Positions 1 through 15,000 of a DNA stretch of 64,000 nucleotides are shown one piece after another. The stretch covers positions 32,426,001 through 32,490,000 of the forward strand of contig OX597833.1 in the NCBI GenBank assembly GCA_951406725.2, read 5' to 3'. The stretch's first letter is position 1. Each line of letters opens with the position of its first letter. The position numbers were made by a program, and so were the translations under genes. Source of the DNA: Octopus vulgaris (lineage: Eukaryota). The notes below the pieces were generated by a model. That model was not told the origin of the DNA, did no database searches, and was given only the letters and a program-made list of their open reading frames with translations.

Positions 1-27
1 TCTGGTAAATCTCTCTCTTTCTCTCTC

Positions 28-31
28 TGTA

Positions 32-67
<36 letters not shown>

Positions 68-72
68 GTATA

Positions 73-122
<50 letters not shown>

Positions 123-298
123 TAATATGTAATATATATATATATACATGTATGTATGTATGTATATTGGATACATATATTAAATATATGCTTTAGCATT
201 TGTATATAAATGCAGGCTCATGAACAAACTGGTATGATATCTGTATGTTACTTTGTATGTCTATTTGGCGCTTTCTTTCATTCTCTTTCTCTAACGCA

Positions 299-350
<52 letters not shown>
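28..350. repeat. Microsatellites (TACA)n, (TA)n, (CA)n
   Basis: Direct inspection; similar tracts at 1273-1350, 30003-30090, 34610-34710, 40945-41030, 58350-58410 and 62860-62965. Confidence 0.95.
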
Positions 351-355
<5 letters not shown>

Positions 356-785
356 GCATATACATGTGTGTGTAGAATATATTTCTTGGTTGCTTTCCTG
401 GAGTTGCTCATTTTGCACATTCCACTTAAACACGCGGTAGAAAATGTGCTGTCAAGCTTAGGCATAGAACATTATATTAGGAAAAATAGACACTCAGAAG
501 TCGCAAGAAACAAGAAGGAAGATTCGTTGTTGAAGAAGAAGGAGGAGGAGGAAGGGGAGGAAAAGGAAGGAGGAGGCGGAGGAGAATAAGAATAAGAAAG
601 AGGAGAGGAAGAAAACAAATAAAGGAACAAAGAATAGAAAGCGAACTTACTTTAAATGAAGAAGTAATGAAAGGAAGAAAGGCTATCAGGAATACTCGAT
701 GAAAAAAACAACAAAATAAAAAGAAATTAGCCATACAATATCTATTTTGCTAAAGTATTTTTTTAAAGAAAAAGAAAAGAATAGG

Positions 786-903
786 ATGGTGTGGTTTCGA
801 GGAAAGTTAAGTTTGATCCTTTGTAGCCTGCAAGGTACCTTCATAGCGATCTATGCATTGTATATGGAACACACAGATGTCGAAAGTGAATTTTCCTATG
901 CAG
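786..903 (+). CDS. Rh: Rh exon 1 (MVWFRGKLSLILCSLQGTFIAIYALY...SYA)
   Basis: ATG at 786, hydrophobic TM1 with the LQ motif typical of Rh N-termini, donor G|GTAAGC at 904, phase 1 matches exon 2. Confidence 0.85.
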
Positions 904-1274
904 GTAAGCTGAATGAACTATTCGCAATATGTACCTGTTAATTTATGACCTACTCCTATCTCATTGATTTTTCTTCCCCAAAATACAAGGCCTCATATAA
1001 CTTAGTCAACCCCACCCCTCTTCACATTAAAGTCCGTTGGAAAGTCATGAACGCCACAACTTCCTATTCTGCTGCTGATTTATGTCATTGGGCATGCTGG
1101 GGAATAGCCTTCATTAATATGAATCCCACTGTTTGTCGAAAGGCAATTTATCTTGTGGTATTGTGGTATTGACTCCTCTTTTGGAGTCAATAACAAGAAA
1201 TTTAGACGGATATAGTCACTCACATCTACATCTATGGATGTACCTCTCTCTCCCTCCCTCCCTCACTTGGTATG

Positions 1275-1350
<76 letters not shown>

Positions 1351-4047
1351 CCACCGGAGGGAGAACTTCTGCCGACATATTTCAATCTGAAAGTAATGGT
1401 CAGGGTGAGATTAAAACATTCTCTAAGCTGTAGCACATTAGTATCGTAATCAAAGAACGAGCTTCTTAACCATGCAATCACCACTATCTCCAGTTTTTCA
1501 TAAAATGTCGGTCATTGCATCTTAGAACAAAGTTTAAAAAAATCGAGGACAGTTATATCTTAATGTATTTTTAAAATTAAACATCAGTTATGAAATTGTC
1601 AGAAGAAAAACAAATATTAAAACTCAGACTGATTGTATTTTTGTTGTTGTTTTCCTGACAGTTTTTCAAGATGTCCAAGGACTGCTTTATTTGGGTATCG
1701 GTTTCTTGCTGACTTTTCTGAAGCGACATGCCTTTTCCGGGATCAGCTTTAACTTACTCGCAACTGCCCTAGGTGTCCAATGGGCCTGGATTGTTCAAGG
1801 GTTCGTTGGTCCCGAAGGCGTAGTTAGTAATAAAATTAAGATGGATTACTCTACGTAAGTTATTTTTATATATTTTCGAAGTTGAAAATCTATCAAAAGC
1901 TCTTTTTTGGCCTGGTATCCTCGGCAACACTTTGACTACGTACCCAGGCAATGTCTTTGTTGGGATCCATGCTATATCCCCGCTAAATACCCAGTTATTA
2001 ACTTTGTTAAGTATCTGGCCAATATCCAGCAATATTTTCTTTAAATACTTCACATCTCTGAAACTAAAATATCTGTATCTTAATGTAAGTAGATGACAAT
2101 AAATACATAGCTTTGTTTTTGTAATTGTTATTATTGCTGTAGTTGCTGTTGTTGTTTTTAGATCCGGGTCAGCTTTTATCGAAAAGAACTATGACACTCA
2201 GGTTGTCGACCGAATACATTGTGCCTATAATAGAAAGGGTTATTGTTATTATAACTATTACGTTTTGGTGACAACTTTAGGAAACTTTCCTAGGATTGTT
2301 GAGGAATACATAATCACACTTTTCTACAGGTCTTCAATCCGAGTTTCAGTTCCAATGTCCTTCAATCTCTTAGGTAGCAGTTTGGTTAATGTGCCAACTA
2401 CATAATTACCGCAAGATTAATTGTCTCCGTGGCGTGGTGGTGCTGCCGAAAAAGGACCTGGACAAGGGGGAACCAAGTAGATAATTTTAGGCCCATAACT
2501 CTACTAAACGCAGATTATAAGATTTTGGCCAAGGTTTTAGCCAAGAGGTTGGCGTTTTTCGTCGGTGAGCTGGTCGGTAACGCGCAGGCATGCGCTATTT
2601 CGAACAGATCTATCCACAAAAACCTCCACACTACGCGCTACATCATAGAGAGGGCAAGGAAGGTACTTGGCATGGGTGGGGCTCTGATCAATTTGGATCA
2701 TTCAAAAGCATTTCACAGGGTCGACCATCAATACTTGGAGGCTATCCTCGCGGCGGCCGGGTTCGGTCTCGTTTTCAGAGGCTGGAACGCTACAATGTAT
2801 AGTGGCACCTGTTCGGTAGTCAAAGTAAACAGCTATGTATACTAATCGTTTAGCATCACTCGCTCGGTCTTAAAGGATGCCCACTCTCTCCCTCAAGGAT
2901 GCCCAGTGTCTCGAGCCATTACTGAGGAAGTTGGATATTTCGAGGGACATCCCGCTTAATCTAGAATGCAGGAGGTTCACGTAGGCTTATGCGGACGACG
3001 TCACCGTAATAGTGTCGGACAGCTCGGAAATCGAGTTAATCGGCTCTACCTTAAAGGAGTACGACGCGGTAACACGAGCAAAAATTAATCAGGAAAAGTC
3101 GGTGGAATTGTAGCTCAACACCTAGAGAGGCAGGTTCATGCCAACCGACAACGCTGCAGGGCGCTTGACAGAAGGGCTGGTTAAATTGCCCGAGGTCTGC
3201 TTTGGTCCGGACCTCCAGGTGGACAAGAACTGGGGGAAGGTGACGAGCAGAGTACCCAATCTCACTAGAAATGGGCAGAGAGGAAGCTGTCCTTGAAAGG
3301 TCGGGCAGAGGTGGCGAATTCGTACATTGCTTTCGTCTTCTATTACCGCCTGATCGTCGTCCCTTGCCTTGCTTCATGGCCGACCAAGCTGGAGCGCTTA
3401 CTTTTCACATTTTCGTGGAAGAGACGTGTTGTTTCCGTCAGACGGTCCATGTGCTGTCAACAGCCGCTGAACGGAGGACTGGACATGCCGTGACTAATGA
3501 TGTGCAGTCTTACGCTGAGGCTACATCTCCAGCATTTTCTTATCGGTGAACAGGTGTGGGCGTCGTATGTCAAGCAAGATTTTTCTCATTGATGGAGCTA
3601 CAGTCCTGGATCAAACGTAGAAAGGGTGCCTGACACCTGGATTGTCAGCGAGCGCTCACAGCTTTCTGCCAGTCGGGCAACGCGGTCGGTGGAAGTGCCA
3701 CTATAGAATCCTATAAGGGATTTAGTGACGAGCAAGAGCGACGACGTCCTTGGGGAAACACTGGGTGTCGGAAGGGATCAATTAACCAGTATTTTCCGGA
3801 GGACTTTTGGGCCGAGGCTTATGGATAACTTCCAGAAATCTCTTGCTTGGCAGTCGGAACAACCAGATTGTGTGGAGTTCTGTGGTAGTCTCTGTAAATA
3901 ACTCCCCACCACCTTTTGGGGGAATTTTTATCGTTTAATTGTTTTGTTATTCGGTTTTTGTTACCTATTTTATACACGGCATTGTTCAACACCCCACTTG
4001 TCCCTTGTATTGTATTGTCTCTATTTGCTTTGTGGCCAATAAAAGAA

Positions 4048-4088
<41 letters not shown>

Positions 4089-6015
4089 CTGTGATTTCTA
4101 GTTTAGTAGACGGAGATTTTGCCGTGGCCAACGTTTTAATATCATACTGTGCCGTTTTTGGTAAAATTAGCCACATACAATTGGTTGTGATGACAATTGT
4201 GGAAATTCTAGTGGCTGAACTGAATGAATTCGTTGGAATACATATTTTAAAAGTAGGTATTACTTTTTATTGTAAGTTTCTTTTTTCCTTTCTTTTTTCT
4301 TAATTGTGTAGGTTTGGTTTTTGAGAAGTTCTGTGGGTTGTTACTATTGTTGTGCACATTATCTGAATCATATGTAGTTTGAAGGAAGATGGTGGAAGAC
4401 ATGTGGACTGATGAAAGACAGGAGGTGGGTTGATGGGAGAAGACGGTGGTGTCTCTTGTGGAACAGCTATGATTACTCTAGGTTACTGGTTTTATTGATG
4501 AACAAACTTCTCTAGAATATTGAAAGGTTTCTCTATCTGATACAAGACATAGATTTTTCCTTTTTATTTAATCCTTAATTATAACTTAGAGATAAATCGA
4601 CTCCGATTATATCATAGCATATATACAAGCATATAAAACTTTTAACCATAACCGCCTCCTGAAATAGGGGTTCGTATAAAATGTGAACTATCAATTTTGT
4701 TGTATGCGGTAAAAATTTAACATAGATGATTGATGATTCGAAATCAGAACATTAAAAGACGTAACTAAAAATCAAAAAGTATTTTGTCTGATTTCTGTAC
4801 TGATTCTGGCAACGCTATCATGGATGATCCTTAAGCATGATTTCCTACTCCAAAAATAGGTCCTTCGTCTTATACTCCAAGCATAAAACCCAATCATATA
4901 GGGTGGTACGTTAATCCTGACCTTGATAAGTACTAACAAGTCTTGTAAACCCTAATAAGTTTTTGGAAGGATGCAGTCGATTAAAATCAACTTCAATACT
5001 TGACTGGTACTTCATTTTATCGACCACAAAAGACGAAAAGCAAAGTTGACCTCAGCGGGATCTGATCTTAGAAATATAACGATCCGGAATACCACACGAC
5101 ATTCTGTAAATCCGCTGATCATTTCTTTCTTTGCGAGAGGAGCGACTGATAATGGTGTTGATATACTGAAGATTTGTAACACTGGAGCAAGTTAAGGAAT
5201 GAGTGCCTCCGCTTTAATCGATTTCAGTATTTGATTGGGAGACGTTCATTATATCAAAAACGGAAGGTTGAAAACCCCTCTCAATACCAGTGTTATTTCA
5301 GTTCAGAATGTTAGGGATTTGGCATGGTTTTGTTTAAGAAAATAGTAGACACTTGCAATAACCATGCTTATCAGTTTAAAAAGTTCATTTAAGGAAGTGT
5401 TGATAACTGAGTCAATCTCTTTACTCTCTGATATTAACAGGCTCTTGATTCAGGTGATGCAATTTACATACATCTCTTCTCTGCCTTTTTCGGATTGTCT
5501 GTGAGCAGAGTTCTCTACAAGAAAGAAATTCAAGAATCTTCCAAAGAAACCAGTGATTATAATTCAGACATTTTCGCACTGTTAGGTAAGTCTAGGTGTT
5601 TTCATATTTGCAATTACTGGTTTTGAATGGAAGAACCATGTTTATATAATGTATAATATAATATTATGACATGATATGTGATGCATATATATATGTGGGC
5701 GGGGGAAGGCGCATGGCCTAGTGGTTAGGGTGTTGCACTCACGATCGCATGATCGTGGTTTCAATTCCTAGACAGGGTGGTGCGCTGTATTCGTGAGCAA
5801 ACCACTTCATATCACATTGGTCTTCGGTCACTTCGACACCTGACGCGTGGTACACCGTACACCTATACAGACAACGTTGATTTGATGAAGAGAGTGACCT
5901 AATGTACGGCACATATATTTGATCACAATCAACAAATCATTTGTGCAGGTCGTTCGGCAAAAGCTGAACGCACATACGTCGTCTTCGACGGGAGAGTCCA
6001 TCATATATGCATATT

Positions 6016-6087
<72 letters not shown>

Positions 6088-9000
6088 TTTTTAGACATGC
6101 CCATAGTCACTGGGACAACTACTGTCAGTAGTTACGCCGATGATACAAAATTATCACAGGCAATAAAAAAATCTAAATGACGTTGCAAGCTTACAGCGGG
6201 ATCTGAATGCAATATACAAGTGAGCTGAAGAAAACAACAGGCAGTTGAATGCTGGAAATTTTCAAGCACGGCACTATCAACTCACGAATGCTGTGCAGCC
6301 TACATGTACAGGACTCGAAGGCACTGCAATTCCAGAGTCACAGGTAATGAAAAATTTGCGGATCAGTATGTGCAATAATGCATCATTTCGTGTGCATATT
6401 ACCAAGATGACAGCAGAGTGCAGACAACTGGCAGCTTGGATACTAAGGCCCTTCAGGACCAAACAACCAAGAAGTTGTTGACACTCTGGAGGATCTTTGT
6501 TCTTAATCGCCTGGACTACTACTCTCAGCTATGGTCACCACATAGTGCCAAACTAACAGCGGAGCTTGAAGAAGTTTCAACGTCACTATATTAAAAAGAT
6601 TGAAACAGTGCAGTGGATGAGCTACAGAAAGAGACTGAAAAGACTGCAACTTTACTTCCTGGAGCGAAGGCACGACATATCTTTGTGACGTGTTTTAAAG
6701 GCGAATTCACTGCAGAAAAAGTTCTCTCTTACGGTAAAAGGTGTAAAATCACCATGTCTATCCAAGGATTCCCTCTAGTGGAATCTCTGACGTGCGTTTC
6801 TGGATCTTTGGCCTTCCTCAGTGGGAAATACCAAAGAGAGATAACCCTCGGCGGATTCAAAGCGGTAACTTTATCCAAAAACAATCCACACCAGTGGCTG
6901 AGTTGCGCTCGTGAACCGCCTGGTCGGAATAAAGAAGGTTAAAGAGCCAGAAACGAGCGTCTGGGAATCTGTTGTTATAACACCTTTTACTATGAGAGAA
7001 ATTTTTCACCCCAGTAACTGCAGTGAATTTGCCTTTAGATGTTAAAATATGTTACAAACATATTTTAACTAACCTAAAATTCATTTGGTTTAAATGCTGC
7101 TATTTTTATTTAGGCCGGGCAACCTACGAGTAGATAAAGCTATGGCTGTGAATCTGCCCAGGTTATCTCTTTTCGCTATTTCCCATTGAGGAAGATTAAA
7201 GAGCCAGAAACGCGCGTCTGGGAATCCGCAAGAAGGAAATCCTGGGCAAATATAGTATTTCTACACCTTTTACCATAAGAATGAGTTTTTTCTCCACTGT
7301 AGCCGCGCAGAATTTGCTTTTAGAAGTTAAAATATGTCAGCACATGTATAGAGATATAATGCTAAAAAGCACAGAAGTATATCAGTAGCAGACGAAAGCT
7401 ATCCAGCGGTGGTGTTGCTAAATCCAGATTTCCGGCTTTTTGCGACAGGCTAAATTTTTCTAAGCTTGCCGATCCTGGTGCATGTTTGTTACTGATGACG
7501 CTAGTGGATGGTTGCAACTCAGATCTGTCATATTAGTATTTCTTCTTGAATGATGTGCTATAAATGATGATGTGCTATGTCTTCAACCATCTCCCTTATT
7601 GGACAGATAATTGAATATAACTTCTGTCCACCATTTCTATCAATTTTGATCAATGGATACATTCTTTTTCTGCTCTGTATATTTTCCTCATATTTTTTCT
7701 GTTCAAAACTTTTCTATCTACCGTAATGTCTTGACAAATGTCTTGACAAATAGGAAGTTTCTACGCCGTCGCACAGCTCTCTGCAATTAATCAAATCTTC
7801 CACAATTCATATTGGATGTAATCCTACGAACATTGTGTCTCAATAAAAGATACAGTTGTTAGGTCTGGAATTCTTTTGATTATAGATTTGTTTCATTCGG
7901 ACCGAGGTGGATCTGCGTAGTGCGTTCCAGAAGTATTCAGACTTTTTTCGGAGATGCAGTTATAACTGTCTTAGATTAATGTAATTTTAGTATAACATAA
8001 CAATACATCTAATGAATTGACCCGCTAACTTTGGTAATTCCAGATTGAAGGACACGCTTGTCACAGCACTTTGAGCACACCCTACTACCACTGCTTATCG
8101 CAGCTGATAGCTTGCAGAATGCAGTTAGAACATGTAGACAATTTGGAAGCTCTCTCTGCAATAAGATTTTGTGTTAAAGTGAGCAAAAACGATGCAGAAA
8201 CATATGAAATGCTCCAGACCGCTTATGGATTAACATGCATTTGTAGCGTCTGGTTTTCGCTAGCACAAAAGACTCAAAGGACGGTAGAGTGGAAATGAGA
8301 AATGGTGAGAGGTGAGAGAGGTAGAGGTTCATCAGAACATCAGAGCTGGTTGAGAAAATTTGCCGCTTTCTGCACGAAGACCGTCGTGTGTTTATAAAGA
8401 CAATAAGTATATAGTCTGGATTTGTGGTAACTGTAAACAGAATTATTCACGAAAGTCTGAACATGCGCAAAGTTTGTTCCCAGAGTGCTCAGTGACGAGC
8501 ATCCTAGTAACCTACTGCTTGACAAAGATGGTGATTATAACTGCCCCTCACTCTCCCTATGGTCTAGACCTTGCTCCTTGTAACTTTTGGTTGTTCTCTA
8601 AGTTGCAGCAGAACCTCAGAGGCAATCGTTTTGAAGATGAAGAATGCTGTGAGAAGGGTCCTTGTCATCATCACTTTGTAGTACTTTCATGGGGTCTTTA
8701 CGAAGTAGATGGAGAAGTTCAACACGTGCATTGAAATCACAGAATCCTACTCTGAAGATCAGATATTTGCATTTCTTTGAAATAAATACGTCTCTCCTGA
8801 AAAAGTCTGAAAACTACTAGAATGCACCCTCTAAACAACAACAATTATTACGTTTAAATGTCTAGACCAAAGTTTGTAATGAGTTCTTTGTAAGATCACA
8901 GAGCCTCAAGTAAGTGGTATTAAGTGTCCGCAGGGATATAACGAAACACACGTAGCGGCAAAAATACTGCATTAGTTCAATAAACTTTCGTCGTCAATAA

Positions 9001-12000
9001 TATACTAGCAAGACACGTGGAAATACCACATTTTATAAATTTAGTTATCAGAATTTATAAATCTTTGTAACTTTGTTTTATTTTGATTATGTCTTTAATT
9101 TCGTTCTGTAGGTAAGCTTGGCGTAACACTTGAGCACATATCGTACACAAGCAGAACAATATAAACAATAATCTTTTATAAACTTATCTCACAACCAGTA
9201 GTTTAACGACAATCGTTCTGTCCTTCGGTTCCCCACCTGATGCGCAGTTTATTCTTCAAGTCATCCGATGTTGCAAGTAATACAATACCCAACAACTTAA
9301 CAATGCTACAGGAAGCACACAAGCACCTTTGTGTCATTATCCTATTTGCTAGAAATAGTGTCAAAGTCTCTCGCAAATTACATTTTTTCGTTTTAAAGAA
9401 AGATAGAATGGCTTGGAACGCATTTAGGTCTGAAGCTGAGGATAAAACATAACAACGGCGACAGCGTCGGCGACATATCACATTAAGGTTCATTACAAAA
9501 ACAGTATTTATAAATGTATTCATTGATCATTATTACCTTGTACACGTAAGCGAAAGCAGGGTATTGTAATCACTTGTCTGTGCGTTTGCAAAATTACTGG
9601 AAAACGGCTGAAATCAGCAAATTTGGTAGAAGTACTTAATGGTTGAGTGGCTCGAAATGATGAAAATTTGGTTTAATTATCAAACATATATGACTGCATG
9701 CTTAGATATGCGACTGTGTGTGTATGCGTGTGTGTGTACAGTGATGGATTCGAGGGTTTCGTTTATTTACGAGTTACTTTCTTAATTTCACCAGAATATA
9801 AATGCCTACGATGGTGATACTTAAAAAAAATTGAATTTTCAAAGTTCCCGATAAGCATGTGATGATATCATTTATAACCTACTAGCATTAAAGACCCGTC
9901 GTTGCCGGGTCATAGTGCTAGTGCATGTATATATGTGTATATATATGTGTACATATTACATGTACATCTATATATATACATCTACACATAAAATACAAAA
10001 TACAAAGTTATATCTTGATATCGCTAGTGATAACAATACTCAAAATATATAACAGACTGGAATTGTTAGCCCGTCTCTTGTAATTTCGATCAATTGTATC
10101 TTGTCCTCCCTCTTGTATAGAAGTGTGGATACAATCCAGCCTACCTCTACTTCTGGTAGGGGGGCATTTTAAATTTTTTTCCGGGACGTCCTACGTCCCA
10201 GATATAAAGGTAAAAATAAAATATTTCCACTTTGCAAGTTCGAGTCGAGTACTCCCTTGCACGCTCCGTTGACTCGAACCTTGCTTCTACTGTGGCGAAT
10301 TTACCGCCTCTGATTAGATACCTTTCATAGTCGCACCAAGACACTTTTCGAAGGTGCTTTCCTCCATGTTAATTCTTTATTACCCACTAGGGGCTACATA
10401 GAGGGGACGTTACAAACATTGGGGACATAGAACATCACAATTACATAGATATGAGTAAAATGAATTATGAAAATGATATATGAAAGCGGTGCCAACGGCC
10501 CCATCCGCTAGCACCACTTACCTGTCCTTTTGTTTTCACTGTCACCTGAATGTTCATTCCCAATACGAAGACCATCCATATCCATTCTTACTCCGAAATA
10601 CTCCTCCATATTTTCCACGAATTCATCGCTCATTCTTGTATCTTTCACCTCCCAATTCTCCCTTTCACACCTCAACACAAACTCATCTATATTCTTCTTT
10701 TCCAGCACTGCATATCTGGTCTCACCTATTTCATACCATTTATACTCCTCCATTACCCTTTTCACTTCTTTCTGTTCAGTCATAATATAAATGTTCGGCC
10801 TGGGTTCGATTTCAAACTCTTGTCTGTCTGTATTATTTTTTTCTTTTGTTTTCTTGTTGGAGGGGAGCGGGTGGGTTCACTGTCTGCAGGGATAGGGTGG
10901 GTCTCAGAGGGTGTGGGTGGTGTTGGGGTGGATCGGTGTTCTATGTTATTTTCTTTTCCTCCTATTCTCCTCTTCCTCTTATTCCCAGCTTCTTTCCATT
11001 CCTGTGTATTCTCTTCCTCTTCTACTGTCTCCTTCTCCTCTTGTTTCTGCTTCTCTCTCTGTGGTTCGGAATCCATTTCTTTCACTGGGGGAGGGCAGAA
11101 GGCTCTTATGTGACCCCTCAGGCCACACTTGTAACAACGTGGAGCTCTGCCCTCCACCCACACTCTCATGATCACGTCTCCCAATCTGATGCTTTCCGCC
11201 AGGTCCACCAGTACCTCGTTCTCTGCCTGCACGTTCAGTTCTACTGTTACGCCTCTCCAACCCTCGGTCTTAACCGAGGCATGGAGAATATCCACTTCCT
11301 CCTCGTGGCCGCTGATCACAGCCGTCACAATCCACTCGGCCTCAACGTTTGGTGGCACTCCCTCCACCCTTACTCGTGTAATCCTTCTATTTAGATATGT
11401 AGGCAAAAGAGTTACCTTCTCGGATTTCACCACCTTCGCCGCCATCTTCCTTGCTGCATTCTCACTTTTAAACTGTACCACTACAGTACCATACTTTGAT
11501 CCTCGAGTCAGAAAATTAATCTCCTCTTCCGTTCTTCTCAGCGCCTCCTCTATCCACTCCATGTTTACAACTTCTATCTTCTTCCTTTCGCTTGCGAACA
11601 CCCTGTATATGATGGTCCTTTTATCGTACCATTCTTTTCTCTTGGGTGTCGGTGCTAGTTCGACCTCACCGCTGTCCTTCTTCATATATTTCTGGTAACT
11701 TGGCAGCTTGGCCAAGTCCACACCTTTCTCTTCCGCCTTCTTGGTTACACCGGCATAGGTATAACCCAGCTTTCGATCCATCATTCTCACTGCCTGTTCC
11801 AGTTCCTCCTCAGACGTAGACAAGTCTGATAGGGAATCAAAGTCCATTTCCTTCTGTCTGACAGACCGTAAACGGCCGCCCGAACAGAAAAAGTGTAACT
11901 CGTAGAACCAGTGTAACGCGAAACCGCATCAACGACGTTCAAAATTTCTACAACAACAACAATACTTTTTGTTCTTTTTTCTTTTTTAACCGAATTTTAC

Positions 12001-15000
12001 AGAGCGCAAAAAAACACGACCGCTTCTGATTCTTTATTACCCACTAGGGGCTACATAGAGGGGACGTTACAAACATTGGGGACATAGAACATCACAATTA
12101 CATAGATATGAGTAAAATGAATTTTGAAAATGATATATGAAAGCGGTGCCAACGGCCCCATCCGCTAGCACCACTTACCTGACCTTTTGTTTTCACTGTC
12201 ACCTGAATGTTCATTCCCAATACGAAGACCATCCATATCCATTCTTACTCCGAAACCCTCCTCCATCCTTTCCACGAACTCATCGCTCATTCTTATATCT
12301 TTCACCTCCCAATTCTCCCTTTCACACCTCAACATAAACTCATCTATATTCTTCTTTTCCAGCACTGCATATCTGGTCCCATCCATTTCATACCAATCAT
12401 ACTTCTCCATTACACTTTTGACTTCTTTCTGTTCGGTCACAATATAAATGTTCGGCCTGGGTTCGTTTTCAAACTCTTGTCTGTCTGTATTTTTCTTTTG
12501 TTTTCTTGTTGGAGGGGAGCGGGTGGGTTCACTGTCTGTAGGGGAAGGGTGGGATTCAGAGGGTGCGGGTGGTGTTGGGGTGGGTTGGGGCTTCGCACAG
12601 TTTTTCTTTTTCTTTCTTTTTCTCTTTTTCCTTCCTTCTTCCCACTCTTGTTGCATCTCCTCTTCTTCTGTCGTTTCTTTTTCCGTTTGGTTCTCTTTAG
12701 TTTCTTCCTCTTTTGGGGCCTCCGCGACGATTTCCTTTTCTTTTTCCTTTGGTGGGGGAGGGCAGTAGGCTCTTATGTGACCCCTCAAGCCACACTTGTA
12801 GCACCTGGGCGCCCTACCCTCCACCCACACTCTCATAATAATATTTCCAGTTTTTATACTGTCCGTAAGCTTTTCTATAACTTCCGCCTCCGTCTGAATG
12901 TTCATTACTAGTGTGGCACCTCTCACGCCTTCATATTTCATAATGGCATGGAGGATGTCCACTTTATCTTCATTTCCTTTGATAACCGCAGCCGTTATTA
13001 ATTCGCCCTCTAGGTGTGGAGGTATTCCTTCCACCCTAATTCTGGTGGTCCTTCTATTCAAATACGAGGGGAACAAGTAAAACTTTTCTGTACTCGCCAC
13101 CTTGGCTGCTATATTCCTGGCTGCTTTCTCACTTTTAAATTGTACCGTTATGGTTCCATATTCTAATCCTTTTGTCATGTACACAATTTCTTCTCCTGTC
13201 TGTTTGAAAGCCTCTTCAATTGCTTCCATGTTAATCACTTCCATTTTTCTACCTCCATTCATAAATACTTTATATTTGATGGTTCTACGATGGAACCAGT
13301 CTCCGCGCCCTGCTAGAGGCAACAGCTCAACCTCTCCGTTCTCCTCCGCCTTCATGAACTCCTGGAAGTCCGTCAACTTAGCCAGGTCTATCTCTTTTTC
13401 TGTTGACTTCTTCGTTATACCTGCATAGGTGCTTTCCATTTTTTTCACCGCCAACTCCTCCTCCGATGTCGACGATTTTTCAGAGAAATTTCTCCCTTCC
13501 ATCTCATCCGTTTGGTAGAGGCGGCTCATAGTCGCCTCAGACCGAAAAACGGCCTCCCGAACCGAATAAGTGCAACGCGCAGAACCAGTGAAACGCGAAA
13601 CCGCATCAACGACGTTCAAAATTTCACAACAACCACAATACTTTTTGTTCTTTTTTCTTTTTTAACCGAATTTTACAGAGCGCAAAAAAACACGACCGCA
13701 AAGATTTTATTATTACCCACAAGGGGCGAACATAGAGGGGACAATACAATCGGGGAACTTAAAATAAGAAAGCGAATGACAAGAAAAGGAAAAAATAAAA
13801 GTAAAAAATGACATATGAAAGAATATTTACAATGAGATGTAAATGCCCACTCGATCCCCGGAATCGAGAGGTTACATTTTCGTCACATATATTTCACAAT
13901 ATTTTCTTTTTTCTCTTCTTTCTTCTCTCTCTTCTCACAGTTCTATACATATTCCATGATAGTTTTCAATTCTCTAAAGTCTATCACTGAGCCCTCAGGC
14001 AGCCGCTCTCTCACTCGAACACTCGTGTAAAATGTTACACTCTCACCGGCAGCTCTGAGGAACTCAGCGACTCTTTCTTCGGGGATTAGAGCAGTCTCCT
14101 GCCACTGATCGGTCATCCTGTTGACCCACACATGTCCCTCCGTATTACTTGTCAAATCCTTCATTTCAGGGCAGAAATGGAAGGTTACTAACTTGTAAAA
14201 ACAGTAATCTTGTTTCCGTCCTACGTTTTCCTTCATTTTTCTTTTCGGGCTTATTTCTTCCTTGTTCTCCTCTCTTTGTTTCTCTCTTTCTCTCTTTTTG
14301 CCTTCTTTTCTTTCTCCTTCCTTCTCTTGTCTTTTTGGTTCTTTGTCTGTTCTCTCTTTCTCTCGTGTTTTATGTTCCTTTTCTTTTTCTTTTTGTGTGC
14401 CGTCTTTTCTTTTCGTTTGATTCTGATCTCTCTCTTGTTTTTTTCCTGTTGTTTCTTTTTCCTTTTTTTTTTCCTGACTCTGTTTTGGTTCTATTTCTTT
14501 CTTTTCTTTTATTTCTTTTTCCTTCATTGACTTATTATTTCCTTTCTCTTGTTGTTTTGTTTCCTTTTCTATGTTTTCTTTTTCATTTACCGTATTCTTC
14601 TTTTCTTCGAGTTCCTGCTCGCACTCCGCTACGAATTCGTATAACGGGCACTCTTTTTTAATGTGCCCCCTTGTCCCCACAAGTAGCAGTTTGGCTTTCT
14701 TCCCTCTACAATTACACTGAGGGTTTTCTCATCTTCAATTTCTATTCTGTAGGGGAACCTTTCAATGTCCTCTTTTGTGGCCATCAAACACAGTTCTACC
14801 CCATATCCTTTCCAGTTTATCGCGTTGGACTCCTTAAAGGATTCCACCTCCACTTCCTCTTCTGCTGCTCCTAGAATAGCTGTTGCCAGCCATTCTGTTT
14901 TTACTTCTGGGGGTATATTCGGGATTTTAACCCGGACCCCTCTTCTTCCCTTGTATGAGGGCCACATTATAAATGTTTCCGCTCTTAGTACAGTGGTAGC

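Noticed and set aside
5706-5775. tRNA gene
   Set aside because: No complete cloverleaf or terminator; continues into a SINE body
6690-7340. Internal repeat ttaaagagccagaaacg.gcgtctgggaatc (~6939 and ~7197) and 109-aa ORF
   Set aside because: Probably a decayed repeat element; no recognisable protein or termini
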